Below are positions 10,321-18,804 of a stretch of 64,000 nucleotides of DNA, piece after piece. Numbering within the stretch: the first letter of the stretch is position 1; each line of letters starts with the position of its first letter. Below the pieces are notes generated by a model. The model saw only the letters and a program-made list of their open reading frames with translations. It did no database searches and was not told where the DNA came from. The stretch is taken from positions 128,001 to 192,000 of the forward strand of contig CAWDSK010000003.1 in NCBI GenBank assembly GCA_963804995.1, read 5' to 3'. The position numbers and the translations under genes are program-made. The DNA is from an uncultured Acidobacteriota bacterium (GTDB taxonomy: Bacteria > Acidobacteriota > Terriglobia > UBA7540).

Positions 10321-10857
10321 GTGAGATTGAAAGCTAAGGCGAAAGCGTCAGCCGCGGTCATAAGCAGAGACGGAAAATATCGTTACAAGCTGTCCAGGCG
10401 TTGGACTCCGGGAAGTGATCGTGCTGTCTGGATCATGCTAAATCCGAGTACAGCAGACGCGATAGAAGATGATGCTACGATTCGACGGTGCATTTCATTT
10501 GCCAAGCGCTGGGGCTGCGACGGGATTGAAGTGTACAATCTTTTCGCATTACGATCGCGCCATCCGATCAGAATTGAGATAGTCGAGGATCCGGTGGGAC
10601 CGGACAATGACCTTTGGCTAAGCGTTGCGGCACAAACTACAGGAAAAGTAATTGCAGCATGGGGTGCATGCAATACACCGTTACAGTTGAGAAGAGCGAA
10701 TAAGGTGATCGAGTTCCTTCTCCGCGACCGGCGTGTTTTCGTATCCACTCTGGGCCTTACAAAGGGTGGCCAACCTCGACATCCACTTTACGTCCGAAAC
10801 GACACACCATTAACTCCCCTCGTTCACCCCCTAGGATTTAGCAAACAGTATCGATAA
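10321..10857 (+). CDS. DUF1643 domain protein
   Basis: YRY.L.R.W, IMLNPSTAD..DDATIRRC..FA, NLFALR, AAWG, PRHPLY. Confidence 0.9.
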   Translation: MRLKAKAKASAAVISRDGKYRYKLSRRWTPGSDRAVWIMLNPSTADAIEDDATIRRCISFAKRWGCDGIEVYNLFALRSRHPIRIEIVEDPVGPDNDLWLSVAAQTTGKVIAAWGACNTPLQLRRANKVIEFLLRDRRVFVSTLGLTKGGQPRHPLYVRNDTPLTPLVHPLGFSKQYR

Positions 10858-10954
10858 ACACGGATTTTCTGCCGACAAAAGGCGACGAAAGAGCTAAATT
10901 TGCGCAAATGCGAATCCCTAACTTATAGGAATGGAATGACTTACATTCTTAGTA

Positions 10955-11014
10955 ACAATATCTTACAAGTCCAAGATATTGTGCTTGACTTTCTTACAGT
11001 AATCGACGTAAGAT
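10955..11014 (+). promoter_or_regulatory. Promoter with two palindromic operators upstream of the six-gene operon
   Basis: ACAATATCTT-N8-AAGATATTGT (10955-10982); TTGACT-18-TAAGAT overlapped by TCTTAC-N10-GTAAGA (10992-11013). Confidence 0.65.
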
Positions 11015-11020
11015 TTGTTC

Positions 11021-11356
11021 ATGAATGCAGGAGAATTGACCCAAACACCGATTAAGACCCAACCCCAGGCAGTGCCAAGGATTGACCCTCTTGAGGTTCT
11101 GCGCGAGGTGCTCGAATTGCAACGCGAGAGTAGCCCGGAATTGGACGTCGAAGGGATGCTGGCCTTCGCGGTCGCAAATCCGACCACAGAAGTAGTGGAT
11201 TCGCTGGGCGCAGTAAGTATCGTTTGTGTTCTCTTCGGTGCGTACAAGCCTGACAATCTTATCCCGCAAAATCTTTTGACTCACGAGAACTTTAGCACGT
11301 TGAACGGACTAAGAAATGTTGTCAGAGAACTGAAGAAAAATCAAGGCAAACCATGA
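11021..11356 (+). CDS. Acyl-carrier-protein-like small protein
   Basis: VVDSLGAVSIV phosphopantetheine-site-like motif and C-terminal LTHENFSTL typical of ACPs; stop overlaps next ATG. Confidence 0.6.
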   Translation: MNAGELTQTPIKTQPQAVPRIDPLEVLREVLELQRESSPELDVEGMLAFAVANPTTEVVDSLGAVSIVCVLFGAYKPDNLIPQNLLTHENFSTLNGLRNVVRELKKNQGKP

Positions 11357-12327
11357 TGTCACCTGTTCGTTTAACCGATCTCACTCTGGAAATCACAAAT
11401 GCCTGCCATCATCGATGCGTGCATTGCAGTACGTATGGTGGGATACCTCGCGAAAACGAACTGACCCAAGATGAGCGACTCGATGTTTTGCGGCAAGCTT
11501 GCGCACTTGGTCTAATAGAGCTGCGCTTGCTTGGAGGGGAGCCGCTCTTACGCAAGGAAGACACATTCGAACTACTTGCGGAAGCCAATCGGCTTGGCGT
11601 GAAAAAAGCTCTGATATACACTTCTGCCGCTGAGAACGACTTTGGGTGGCTGACGACGTTACGCAACTTTGCTCCCATGGAAGTCTCCGCCGAAGCGAGT
11701 ATATACTCGGCGACGCAAGCAGTACACGATGGAATCACGGTAAAACCGCTCTCATTTGAGCGGCTACTCTCCAATTCCAAAGAGGCAGTGCAGGTCGGAT
11801 TCGATTTGAATTGGAACTTCGTTTGGATGAAACCGAATTTTTGGGAATTGGGACCTGTAATAGCACTAGCCTCGAAGATTGGTATTAGAAGAGTGCGGAT
11901 CCTGCGCTTAATGCTGAATGGGCGGGCGCGAGAAAACAGGGACACGTTGGAACTGCCGGCCGAAATGGAAATCCAGTGCGAGACGATTCTTAATTTGTTA
12001 ACCTCTCGCTATCCGGACGTTTTCATAGCTCATTCGAAACCACTTGTATTTCAGCTTGGGAGAAGCAACCACGATCATGTGGCTTCCTGCAGCGCCGGTA
12101 AAGGCCAGATTATCCTGCAGGCAGACGGTAGAGTCCTTCCTTGCATCGGGATGAAGGACACGCCGCAGCTTGAAATTGGAAATGTACGCATCGAAACTAT
12201 CGAAGACATTTTCTCACGCGCTCGCGGAATGAATTTCCCAGGAATGTCACAAGAGTATCGGGAATGTCCGGCGATCCAATTTCAAAAAACGCCAGAACTA
12301 ATCCAACTAACTCCAGGGAGGATTTAG
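11353..12327 (+). CDS. Radical SAM protein with SPASM/Twitch-like C-terminus
   Basis: CHHRCVHC (CxxxCxxC), GGEPLL, C-terminal CSAG...DGRVLPC...IGNV...ECP. Confidence 0.9.
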   Translation: MMSPVRLTDLTLEITNACHHRCVHCSTYGGIPRENELTQDERLDVLRQACALGLIELRLLGGEPLLRKEDTFELLAEANRLGVKKALIYTSAAENDFGWLTTLRNFAPMEVSAEASIYSATQAVHDGITVKPLSFERLLSNSKEAVQVGFDLNWNFVWMKPNFWELGPVIALASKIGIRRVRILRLMLNGRARENRDTLELPAEMEIQCETILNLLTSRYPDVFIAHSKPLVFQLGRSNHDHVASCSAGKGQIILQADGRVLPCIGMKDTPQLEIGNVRIETIEDIFSRARGMNFPGMSQEYRECPAIQFQKTPELIQLTPGRI

Positions 12328-12329
12328 GA

Positions 12330-12767
12330 ATGTCACCAAAGAGGGACATTGAACGTACGCTTAGCAGTGATCAGGAGCGTGCCTATCTTGCCCAGAAACT
12401 CAGAGAGGCTCGCGAGTACCTGGGACTGTCGCAGGAATACGTCTCGCAGCAAACGAATATGACGCGGCCGGCCATTTCTGAAGCAGAGGCTGGCAGACGG
12501 AAGGTCGAGAGTCTTGAACTAAAAAGACTAGCAACCCTCTATGGCCGCCCCCTTAATTATTTCTTGCCGGATCAAAATGGGATTGATCTCGACGGGTCTC
12601 GCGACGGGGTTTCCGAAAAAATAAATAGTGATCAGACCGAAATAAAACTACGAAACCTAACGAGGGACTTGCCATCCGAAGATAGGGAAGAGATTATCCG
12701 ATTCGCCGAATACTTGCGCCACAAGAAACAAGTGTCACAAACGCGCCGGGGCGTTGCTGCAAGATAG
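12330..12767 (+). CDS. XRE-family HTH transcriptional regulator
   Basis: LREAREYLGLSQE...ISEAEAGRRK; start moved to ATG 12330 after RBS. Confidence 0.9.
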   Translation: MSPKRDIERTLSSDQERAYLAQKLREAREYLGLSQEYVSQQTNMTRPAISEAEAGRRKVESLELKRLATLYGRPLNYFLPDQNGIDLDGSRDGVSEKINSDQTEIKLRNLTRDLPSEDREEIIRFAEYLRHKKQVSQTRRGVAAR

Positions 12768-12774
12768 GGATCCT

Positions 12775-13740
12775 ATGACTCGAGCCCAGTTGGTCACGGC
12801 TGCCAGCGGTGCAGCCTTGCTTGCCCATCGGAGGCACCATGTTGACCGCCAAAGGCGGATCGACGTGTTCGATATCCTCCGAGAGGTATCGAGCGAGGTT
12901 TTCTTTAGGCCGCTGCGAAAGGTGTGTGGTGCGTACCTTCCTAGTGACGGTCCTGTTCCTGCTGTCCTGATCAATTCGAATATGCCACTGAGTCGCCAAC
13001 GGTACACTGCTGCTCACGAGTTTGGCCATCTATTCTTAGGGCACAAAGTTGTAAGTCTTGATCAAGTAGTTGGCACCAGTTTTGAAGAACGTAAGAACTG
13101 GACCGATGAAGAGAACATCGCCGAAACGTTTGCTGCTTTCTTCTTAATGCCCCAGGGTTTAGTGGAGACCAGTCTACGTGAACTTAACGAAACGGAGATA
13201 ACCCCACAGACCGCTTACCTTCTGTCGCTGAAAATGGGCACTAGTTACTTGGCGACGGTCAATCACCTCCAAACTTTGAAGAAGCTGAATTATGCTGAGG
13301 CTGCCGAATTCCGAAAAATACAACCAAAAACGATAAAGGCGGAAATAATTCCCAGCGTTGCCAATAGGCACGACGTGTGGATTTTGGACGAGCGATGGAA
13401 TGATCAACCAATATACCCTGCGGTGGAGGACACGATTGTTGTTCGATTGGCTGAAACTCCCACTTCAGGGTATACGTGGGTTTGGCACAGGGACCCCGAA
13501 AGCCTTCGCGTCTTACAGGACGGATTCGCCGACGAACCCACACAGGAAATTGGGGGTGCCCGTGTACGCGAACTGGTAACGGAAGTATCGTCCGATGCCC
13601 ATGCTGAAAGAATCGATTTGGAACGGCGGCAACCGTGGGATGACAATGGCGAACCGTCAGCTCACTTCAGCGTGAATCTCTTCCCGCAGCAAATGAGGAA
13701 GAGCGGGCCTCTGGTCTTGCCGACGCTGGCCGCGAGCTGA
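12775..13740 (+). CDS. ImmA/IrrE metallopeptidase with C-terminal chagasin (I42)-like domain
   Basis: RQRYTAAHEFGH (HExxH), E..AETFAAFFLMP; C-terminal TIVVRLAETPTSGYTW...IGG...RRQPW resembles the I42 NPTTGYxW...GGG...RPW motifs. Confidence 0.85.
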   Translation: MTRAQLVTAASGAALLAHRRHHVDRQRRIDVFDILREVSSEVFFRPLRKVCGAYLPSDGPVPAVLINSNMPLSRQRYTAAHEFGHLFLGHKVVSLDQVVGTSFEERKNWTDEENIAETFAAFFLMPQGLVETSLRELNETEITPQTAYLLSLKMGTSYLATVNHLQTLKKLNYAEAAEFRKIQPKTIKAEIIPSVANRHDVWILDERWNDQPIYPAVEDTIVVRLAETPTSGYTWVWHRDPESLRVLQDGFADEPTQEIGGARVRELVTEVSSDAHAERIDLERRQPWDDNGEPSAHFSVNLFPQQMRKSGPLVLPTLAAS

Positions 13741-13743
13741 ATT

Positions 13744-14418
13744 ATGCACATAAGTGTTCGTGGTGCACAAACTGGCGTAAAAGACCAATATGACCGACCA
13801 ACATGTGTTGCTTTCGCGGTAACTGCTCTTCATGAGTACACCCACGACGTGTTGAAGGAGCTCAAAAAGGCGTCCGAGATCGACCTCTCTGAGGAATTTT
13901 TGTATTATCATTGCAAGCGACTTGACGGGTTAGGACCGAATTCCACTGGGACAACGATTTCGGCTGCTTCCACGTCACTTGCAGCGGATGGGCAATCCCT
14001 TGAGAGTTTGTGCCCGTACAAGGTGTCGTGCCCACCGGGGTTAATTACTCCCCCAGATCCCGGCGCTTTTGCTGATGGAAAAGCCCGGCGCCTCTTGGGC
14101 CTTCAGCAGCTAAACCTCTCCCTGTCGAGCATCCAGAACTCTCTCACTCTTTCGAAGCCAGTAATCGCAGTGTTGGATTGGTTTTCTAACGCGTATGTCA
14201 CCCAACTTGGCCGAATCGAAATTCCACGGACAACGGACCGCCTCCTTGGACGGCATGCCGTACTGATAGTTGAACTTGAAGAGGAGCCACGGGCTGGATT
14301 GTGCTTGATCACTTTCAAGAATTCTTGGGGTGCTAAATGGGGCGATAGCGGCTATGGTAGCTTCGGATTGGATTACTTCAGTGCATATGCGCGAGAAATC
14401 TGGGGAGTGAGCACCTAA
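13744..14418 (+). CDS. Papain-like (C1) cysteine peptidase, no signal or propeptide
   Basis: DQYDRPTCVAFA (Gln/Cys), LSEEFLY, RHAVLIV (His), KNSWGAKWGDSGYG (Asn). Confidence 0.9.
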   Translation: MHISVRGAQTGVKDQYDRPTCVAFAVTALHEYTHDVLKELKKASEIDLSEEFLYYHCKRLDGLGPNSTGTTISAASTSLAADGQSLESLCPYKVSCPPGLITPPDPGAFADGKARRLLGLQQLNLSLSSIQNSLTLSKPVIAVLDWFSNAYVTQLGRIEIPRTTDRLLGRHAVLIVELEEEPRAGLCLITFKNSWGAKWGDSGYGSFGLDYFSAYAREIWGVST

Positions 14419-14433
14419 AAGGAGAAGACCAAC

Positions 14434-15204
14434 TTGAGTAAGTTTTTTTCTTCGGCAACTTGCGCACATGCATGGGCCGACGCCATGGAGCACCTCATTG
14501 AATGTGAAGGGGGGAAGGATTTCAATCTTGTGATTGCGATCCAGAATCCGTGCGTTGAGATCCCAGAAGCAACGCGGGTTATAGATGAACTTGCTAAAGC
14601 CTGTGACCTAAAAGGCACGATGGAAAACGCAAACGCGATTTGGCCGTCGTTCTTCGCACGACCAAATAGGAAGAGCACTGAAGTGTTTGCTGACATTGAA
14701 CGCTTCGCGGTCCCGGCAATTAAGGCAGCGTGCAAGAATCGCCATGACTCCTATGTAGAGCGCCTAGTTGCTTGGCGAAGCGCAGATTCCAGCGAACCGG
14801 TTCCTCAGCTTCAGAACGTTTTGGCGCGACTTAAAAACGAGATTGGGAATCATGCCCCTAAGAGTTCGTCGTATGAAGTCTCAATTTATTCACCAGGTCT
14901 TGATGCGGGCTACATGAGTTTTCCATGTCTTTCTCACCTGTCCTTCAAATACGCTCACAATTGCGGCCTTCTTCATTTAACGGCCCTTTATCGGAATCAC
15001 GCCTACCTCAGCCACGCCTATGGAAATTTCATTGGATTGGGGAGGATGATGCAGTTTGCCTGCCGAGAGACGGGAACCCACCCAGGGGAACTCGTCTCAA
15101 TAAGCACCCACGCCGATTCAGAGATTGGTTCGGGGCGAAAATCTCGGACGCGTGAGGCGATTGTTCGCGTGAAGGAAATTTTATCCAAGCACCAGCAACC
15201 GTAG
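14434..15204 (+). CDS. Diverged thymidylate-synthase-fold protein
   Basis: FPCLSHLSF (catalytic PC), LTALYRNH...YGNFIGL aligning to ThyA QRSCD...PFN; TTG start after AGGAG. Confidence 0.7.
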   Translation: MSKFFSSATCAHAWADAMEHLIECEGGKDFNLVIAIQNPCVEIPEATRVIDELAKACDLKGTMENANAIWPSFFARPNRKSTEVFADIERFAVPAIKAACKNRHDSYVERLVAWRSADSSEPVPQLQNVLARLKNEIGNHAPKSSSYEVSIYSPGLDAGYMSFPCLSHLSFKYAHNCGLLHLTALYRNHAYLSHAYGNFIGLGRMMQFACRETGTHPGELVSISTHADSEIGSGRKSRTREAIVRVKEILSKHQQP

Positions 15205-15239
15205 CGCGGACCTGTTTTGCAGGTCCGCGGCTTTTTGTT
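15205..15239 (+). terminator. Intrinsic terminator closing the operon
   Basis: CGCGGACCTG-ttttg-CAGGTCCGCG 10-bp stem, then GCTTTTTGTT. Confidence 0.85.
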
Positions 15240-15554
15240 GTCGATGGGGGACGAGCCCGCTTTGGCCCGATTTCTGTTCATCATCGCGAACTCATAATTC
15301 ACCTTTCACCATTCACTCTTCACAATTCTCCCCGCCCATGCGAATATTCCCATCCAACCGCCAAGACCGAGGTTCAAACCATGGCCAACCCGGAGGAGCA
15401 GTGACAAGTGGCAACTACGATGGCAGGTGAGATTGGGTAGAACTGCGCCACCACCCGATTAATGGGAAGGTGAGCATGTTTGGTGCTACAATGATGAAAG
15501 GAAGCCCTGTGCTAGCAAGAAGCCACTTGGCCCAGGGGTTGCAGAGACGAATCC

Positions 15555-15782
15555 ATGACGATCACGGCAAAATATGAAGATGGCGTCTTCAAGCCCTTGG
15601 AGAACGTGCGCATCATCGAAGGGACGATAGTTGAGGTCCGCGTGCCCTCCGACGCCGGCCGTCCCGAGAACAAGGCGCAGTCGGTTGGGGATTTCGCCTT
15701 CTACGGCATGTGGAAGGACCGGACGGACATCGGTGACAGCGTGGAATACATCAGCAATCTCCGTCGTAATCTTCGGGGCTGA
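15555..15782 (+). CDS. AF2212/DUF104-like antitoxin
   Basis: MTITAKYEDGVFKPLE.V.I.EGT.VEV...FYGMWKDR.DI.DSVEYI. Confidence 0.8.
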   Translation: MTITAKYEDGVFKPLENVRIIEGTIVEVRVPSDAGRPENKAQSVGDFAFYGMWKDRTDIGDSVEYISNLRRNLRG

Positions 15783-15802
15783 AAGCTTCTTTCCAACTTT
15801 CC

Positions 15803-15845
15803 ATGCCTTACTTGATAGACAGCGATGTCCTGATTGACATATCAG
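15803..15845 (+). pseudogene. Truncated vapC (PIN) N-terminus
   Basis: MPYLIDSDVLIDIS PIN start motif downstream of an antitoxin; similarity is lost afterwards. Confidence 0.65.
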
Positions 15846-16225
15846 CGCCATCACGGGATTGCGCCTGGAAATTCCTGGTTACTAGCGCGACTTTGCCTTC
15901 CACCCTCCAAAACCGGTTAGTACCGCGCGGCGACGCCGCAACCAAAATCTTGGTCCAGGTCCAGGCCAAAGCGCCCAGACTTTCAGCTACACCGCGCCGC
16001 GAATTCCAAGCGATCCACCTGGCTGGTTAGACGCCAAGCCATGGACGTGCCCCGTGCACTCAAGCTCCCCGGGGTTCTGGGAATCAGCTCCTGGGTTGCC
16101 GCCCCAGCGTTTACCGATCCACGCAACTCTGGACGGTTGACGGGGGAAAACAAATCACCTGGCCGGTAACGGCAGGGGTGCGAGGCGCCTCCAGTCCGGC
16201 TTATTTTAACGCCTATGGAGGACCC

Positions 16226-16942
16226 GTGAGGGGGAAGTCAGGCTCCGCACTAAGAATTCATTACCTGCAACACGTTCCCTTTGAAAAACCCGCCAGAATC
16301 GCTACCTGGGCTCGCCGCCAAGGGCACACTTTCAAAGGGTCAGGCCTCTATCGCGGAGAACCTCTCCCTTCACTCGCTGATTTCGACTGGCTGGTTATCA
16401 TGGGCGGGCCGATGAGCGTGCACGACGAAGGCCTCTATCCCTGGCTTACCGATGAGAAAAAGCTGATCGAACGCGCCATAAAAGCACGCAAGCGAATTCT
16501 GGGCGTTTGCCTGGGCGCCCAGCTCCTTGCGGATGTTTTGGGAGCGAAGGTCTACCGGAATCCGCACAAGGAAATCGGCTGGTTTCCTGTAAATCTGACT
16601 CCTCACGCTACACCGTCAAGTCTGCTGGCTGACTTCCCGGAAAGCTTTAGGGCCTTCCACTGGCACGGGGAGACATTTGAACTTCCTAGGGGCGCACGGC
16701 ATCTGGCCACTAATCACGCCTGCAAGAATCAAGCCTTCGAATTCGACGGGACCGCGCTGGGCGTGCAATTCCACCTGGAGGTTACTCCGAGTGTCGTGCG
16801 GGCGTTAATCCAGAACTGTCGAGCTGACATCGGCTCAGGCCAATATCAGCAAACCCCTGATCAAATACTGGCGCGCCCTGAAGAGTTTGGTATGATTAGG
16901 CGGCTCTCGTATAGAATGCTCGATCGGCTTGCTGCGTCTTGA
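16226..16942 (+). CDS. Type 1 glutamine amidotransferase (GMP-synthase-like)
   Basis: IHYLQHVPFE, MGGPM, GVCLGAQ, HWHGE, QFHLE; GTG start at the edge of the TSD. Confidence 0.9.
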   Translation: MRGKSGSALRIHYLQHVPFEKPARIATWARRQGHTFKGSGLYRGEPLPSLADFDWLVIMGGPMSVHDEGLYPWLTDEKKLIERAIKARKRILGVCLGAQLLADVLGAKVYRNPHKEIGWFPVNLTPHATPSSLLADFPESFRAFHWHGETFELPRGARHLATNHACKNQAFEFDGTALGVQFHLEVTPSVVRALIQNCRADIGSGQYQQTPDQILARPEEFGMIRRLSYRMLDRLAAS

Positions 16943-17016
16943 GGCTGACAGCCGGCAAAACAGATATTCTCATCATCGAGCGAACATTTACGCAAAACAT
17001 CTGAAGGAGAGAAAGC

Positions 17017-17916
17017 ATGGCAGATCTTGAAGGCGAAAAAGAAACAAAGAATTTTTTCCTGGATGTTCCCTTTGAAAACCAGGCCTTTTTCCTGCGGGGC
17101 GCCGGAGCGCTCGATTGGGGCATGCAGAACCGGCTGGCCAAAATCTTCAGTCCGGCATCCGGGCGCACCGTGATGCTGGCGATCGATCATGGCTACTTCC
17201 AGGGCCCCACCACGGGTTTGGAGCGCGTGGACGTCAGCATCGTTCCCCTCCTTCCCTACACCAACGCCTTGATGTTGACGCGCGGCATGTTGCGAACCAC
17301 GATTCCCTCGGCTTTTTCCCAGGGGGTTGTGCTCCGGGCGAGCGGCGGCCCCAGCATCCTCAAGGAACTTTCCAACGAGCAAATCGCCATGGACGTCGAA
17401 GATGCGGTCCGGCTTAATGCGTGCGCCATGGCGGTGCAGGTCTTCATCGGCGGCGAATATGAGACGCAATCCATCCACAACATGACGCGCCTCGTGGACG
17501 CGGGCTTGCGCTGCGGTATTGCCACGCTGGGCGTGACCGCGGTGGGCAAGGATATGGTGCGCAATGCCAAGTACTTCCGCCTGGCCTGCCGCATCTGCGC
17601 GGAATTAGGGGCGCAAGTTGTGAAAACCTATTACGTGCCGGAAGGCTTCGAGACGATCACCGCCTCCTGCCCGGTGCCGGTGGTAATGGCGGGCGGCAAG
17701 AAACTGCCCGAACTCGAGGCTCTGACCATGGCTTACCGCGCGGTCAGTGAAGGCGCTGCGGGAGTCGATATGGGCCGCAACATCTTCCAGTCTGACGCGC
17801 CCGCTGCGATGATCCAAACCGTGGGAAAGGTCGTTCACGAACTCATGAAGCCTGAGCAGGCCTACGATTTCTATCAAACGCTCCGGCACGAGAAGCCGGA
17901 AACCATGGCGAAATAA
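17017..17916 (+). CDS. lsrF: LsrF thiolase / class I aldolase
   Basis: [38 protein letters not shown]. Confidence 0.93.
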   Translation: MADLEGEKETKNFFLDVPFENQAFFLRGAGALDWGMQNRLAKIFSPASGRTVMLAIDHGYFQGPTTGLERVDVSIVPLLPYTNALMLTRGMLRTTIPSAFSQGVVLRASGGPSILKELSNEQIAMDVEDAVRLNACAMAVQVFIGGEYETQSIHNMTRLVDAGLRCGIATLGVTAVGKDMVRNAKYFRLACRICAELGAQVVKTYYVPEGFETITASCPVPVVMAGGKKLPELEALTMAYRAVSEGAAGVDMGRNIFQSDAPAAMIQTVGKVVHELMKPEQAYDFYQTLRHEKPETMAK

Positions 17917-17923
17917 GAAGGCG

Positions 17924-18016
17924 GGAGTCAGGAGCCAGAATCGAAACTCGAAATTCGAAACTCGAAACTCGGCGTGTAAATTGCGAGTTTCGTCACTCCC
18001 GAGACTCCCGACTCCT
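17924..18016. repeat. Inverted heptamer-array hairpin (GGAGYCA / TCGAAAY)
   Basis: tcgaaac/tcgaaat tandem facing cgagtttcg, bracketed by ggagtc..gactcc. Confidence 0.7.
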
Positions 18017-18032
18017 CTTAACGAGGGACGGC

Positions 18033-18761
18033 ATGCCAAATCCCAAAGGTCTCGAACTGCTGCGCGACGCGGCGCCGACGGTCAGCGTGGGCGTGGTTAC
18101 GGCCAACCTTCTCTCCCTGGGATCGGAGATTAACCTCCTGGAGGGGACGGGCGTGAAGTTGGCGCACATCGACGTGATGGACGGGTGCTTTTGCCCCATG
18201 ATGACGGTGGGGCCGCCATTCATCAAGGCCATCAAGACTTCCCTGCTCAAAGACGTGCACCTGATGATTGACGAACCGCTCGAAAAGGTGGCGGAGTACG
18301 TCGCCGTGGGGGCGGACATCGTCACCTTTCATGTGGAAGCCTGCACGCACGTGCATCGAGTATTGCAAAAGTTGCGGACCCTCACGAACGCGAACGACCC
18401 GGAAAGAGGGATCGTGCGCGGCGTGGCGCTGAACCCCGGAACGCCACTGGAAACGCTCGACCCGCTCCTTGAGGAACTGGAACTCATCCTGCTGCTGGCT
18501 GTGAACCCGGGCTGGGGTGGCCAAAAATATAGCCCCTCCACTAATCGGCGCATCGCCCGGGTGCAACGCATGATCGCCGACTCAGGAAAGGAAATCATTC
18601 TCTGCGTCGATGGTGGCATTACCAAAGAAAACATCGCGGAGGTTGCTGCCACTGGGGCCGACTTAATCGTTACCGGCAGCGCGGTGTTCGACGGCAAAAC
18701 GCCAGAGGCCAATGCGCGCTTTATGCTGGAGGCCGTGGCGGCGGCAAGCCGCCGGCGCTAG
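18033..18761 (+). CDS. rpe: Ribulose-phosphate 3-epimerase family (LsrE-like)
   Basis: HIDVMDG, DVHLM, NPGTP, VDGGI, VTGSAVF. Confidence 0.9.
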   Translation: MPNPKGLELLRDAAPTVSVGVVTANLLSLGSEINLLEGTGVKLAHIDVMDGCFCPMMTVGPPFIKAIKTSLLKDVHLMIDEPLEKVAEYVAVGADIVTFHVEACTHVHRVLQKLRTLTNANDPERGIVRGVALNPGTPLETLDPLLEELELILLLAVNPGWGGQKYSPSTNRRIARVQRMIADSGKEIILCVDGGITKENIAEVAATGADLIVTGSAVFDGKTPEANARFMLEAVAAASRRR

Positions 18762-18804
18762 AAGCGTAGGGCGGCGGGGCCGCAACCAACGCGTCTCGTA
18801 GGGG

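Larger units (their letters stand above)
8650..16217. mobile_element. Non-autonomous transposon-like cargo element with 19-bp TIRs and 9-bp TSD
   Basis: CATAGGCGTTAAAATAAGC (8650-8668) and its exact reverse complement (16199-16217), flanked by GAGGACCCG at 8641-8649 and 16218-16226; no transposase ORF recognised inside. Confidence 0.9.

Noticed and set aside
14434..15204. Calling this gene thyA
   Set aside because: RSxD and HxY motifs are altered and the context is accessory
15381..15404. MANPEEQ* as a type I restriction subunit N-terminal relic
   Set aside because: Seven codons are too few to support
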